From an uncultured Candidatus Saccharibacteria bacterium (GTDB lineage: Bacteria; Patescibacteriota; Saccharimonadia; Saccharimonadales; Saccharimonadaceae), in assembly GCA_963549685.1 (NCBI GenBank), contig CAUUZR010000001.1, forward strand, positions 1-62,864: a DNA stretch of 62,864 nt, read 5' to 3'. This document shows positions 62,803-62,864 of the stretch, piece by piece. A program made the position numbers and the translations under genes. Within the stretch, counting starts at the first letter, position 1, and the number at the start of each line of letters is the position of its first letter. Under the pieces are notes generated by a model. The model saw nothing but the letters and a program-made list of their open reading frames with translations. It was not told where the DNA came from and did no database searches.

Positions 62803-62864
62803 ATGATTTTTTCGATTTATCTCTTGGCCACAATAGGGCCAATAGCCCTATATATTCCCATCGC
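62803..62864 (+). CDS. 5' end of a hydrophobic-start ORF truncated by window edge
   Basis: GGAGG SD then ATG; open to window end. Confidence 0.4.
   Translation, partial: MIFSIYLLATIGPIALYIPI

Overview
A 62.9-kb chromosomal segment of a small-genome bacterium using the standard code (TGA = stop). The gene content and protein styles point to Candidatus Saccharibacteria (TM7, Patescibacteria/CPR); this assignment is an inference. It is mostly housekeeping: hisS, tig, clpP, thyA/folA, a full F1Fo ATP synthase operon, smpB, xth, gltX, der, pth, dprA, an interrupted secE-nusG-rplK-rplA-rplJ-rplL cluster, eno, dnaX-dnaB-ybaB-recR, four tRNAs, three histidine kinases, two receiver proteins, a sortase and an LPXTG protein. 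No CRISPR array, transposase, prophage or rRNA was seen. Most notable signals: (1) an unannotated, highly structured ~310-nt RNA with a perfect TTGACA-17-TATAAT promoter, its own terminator and a possible switch/pseudoknot, between dprA and a DUF475 gene; (2) two GC-rich palindromic elements inserted in frame in housekeeping genes (dus and atpH), reminiscent of Rickettsia palindromic elements; (3) a repeated NrdR-box-like operator before thyA and inside a small ORF upstream of a glutaredoxin; (4) pervasive leaderless gene starts; (5) G8 slip tracts breaking a kinase-like gene and an acyltransferase; (6) lipid-modifying genes in a lineage reported to lack lipid synthesis; (7) parallel loss of zinc-binding cysteines in several core proteins.
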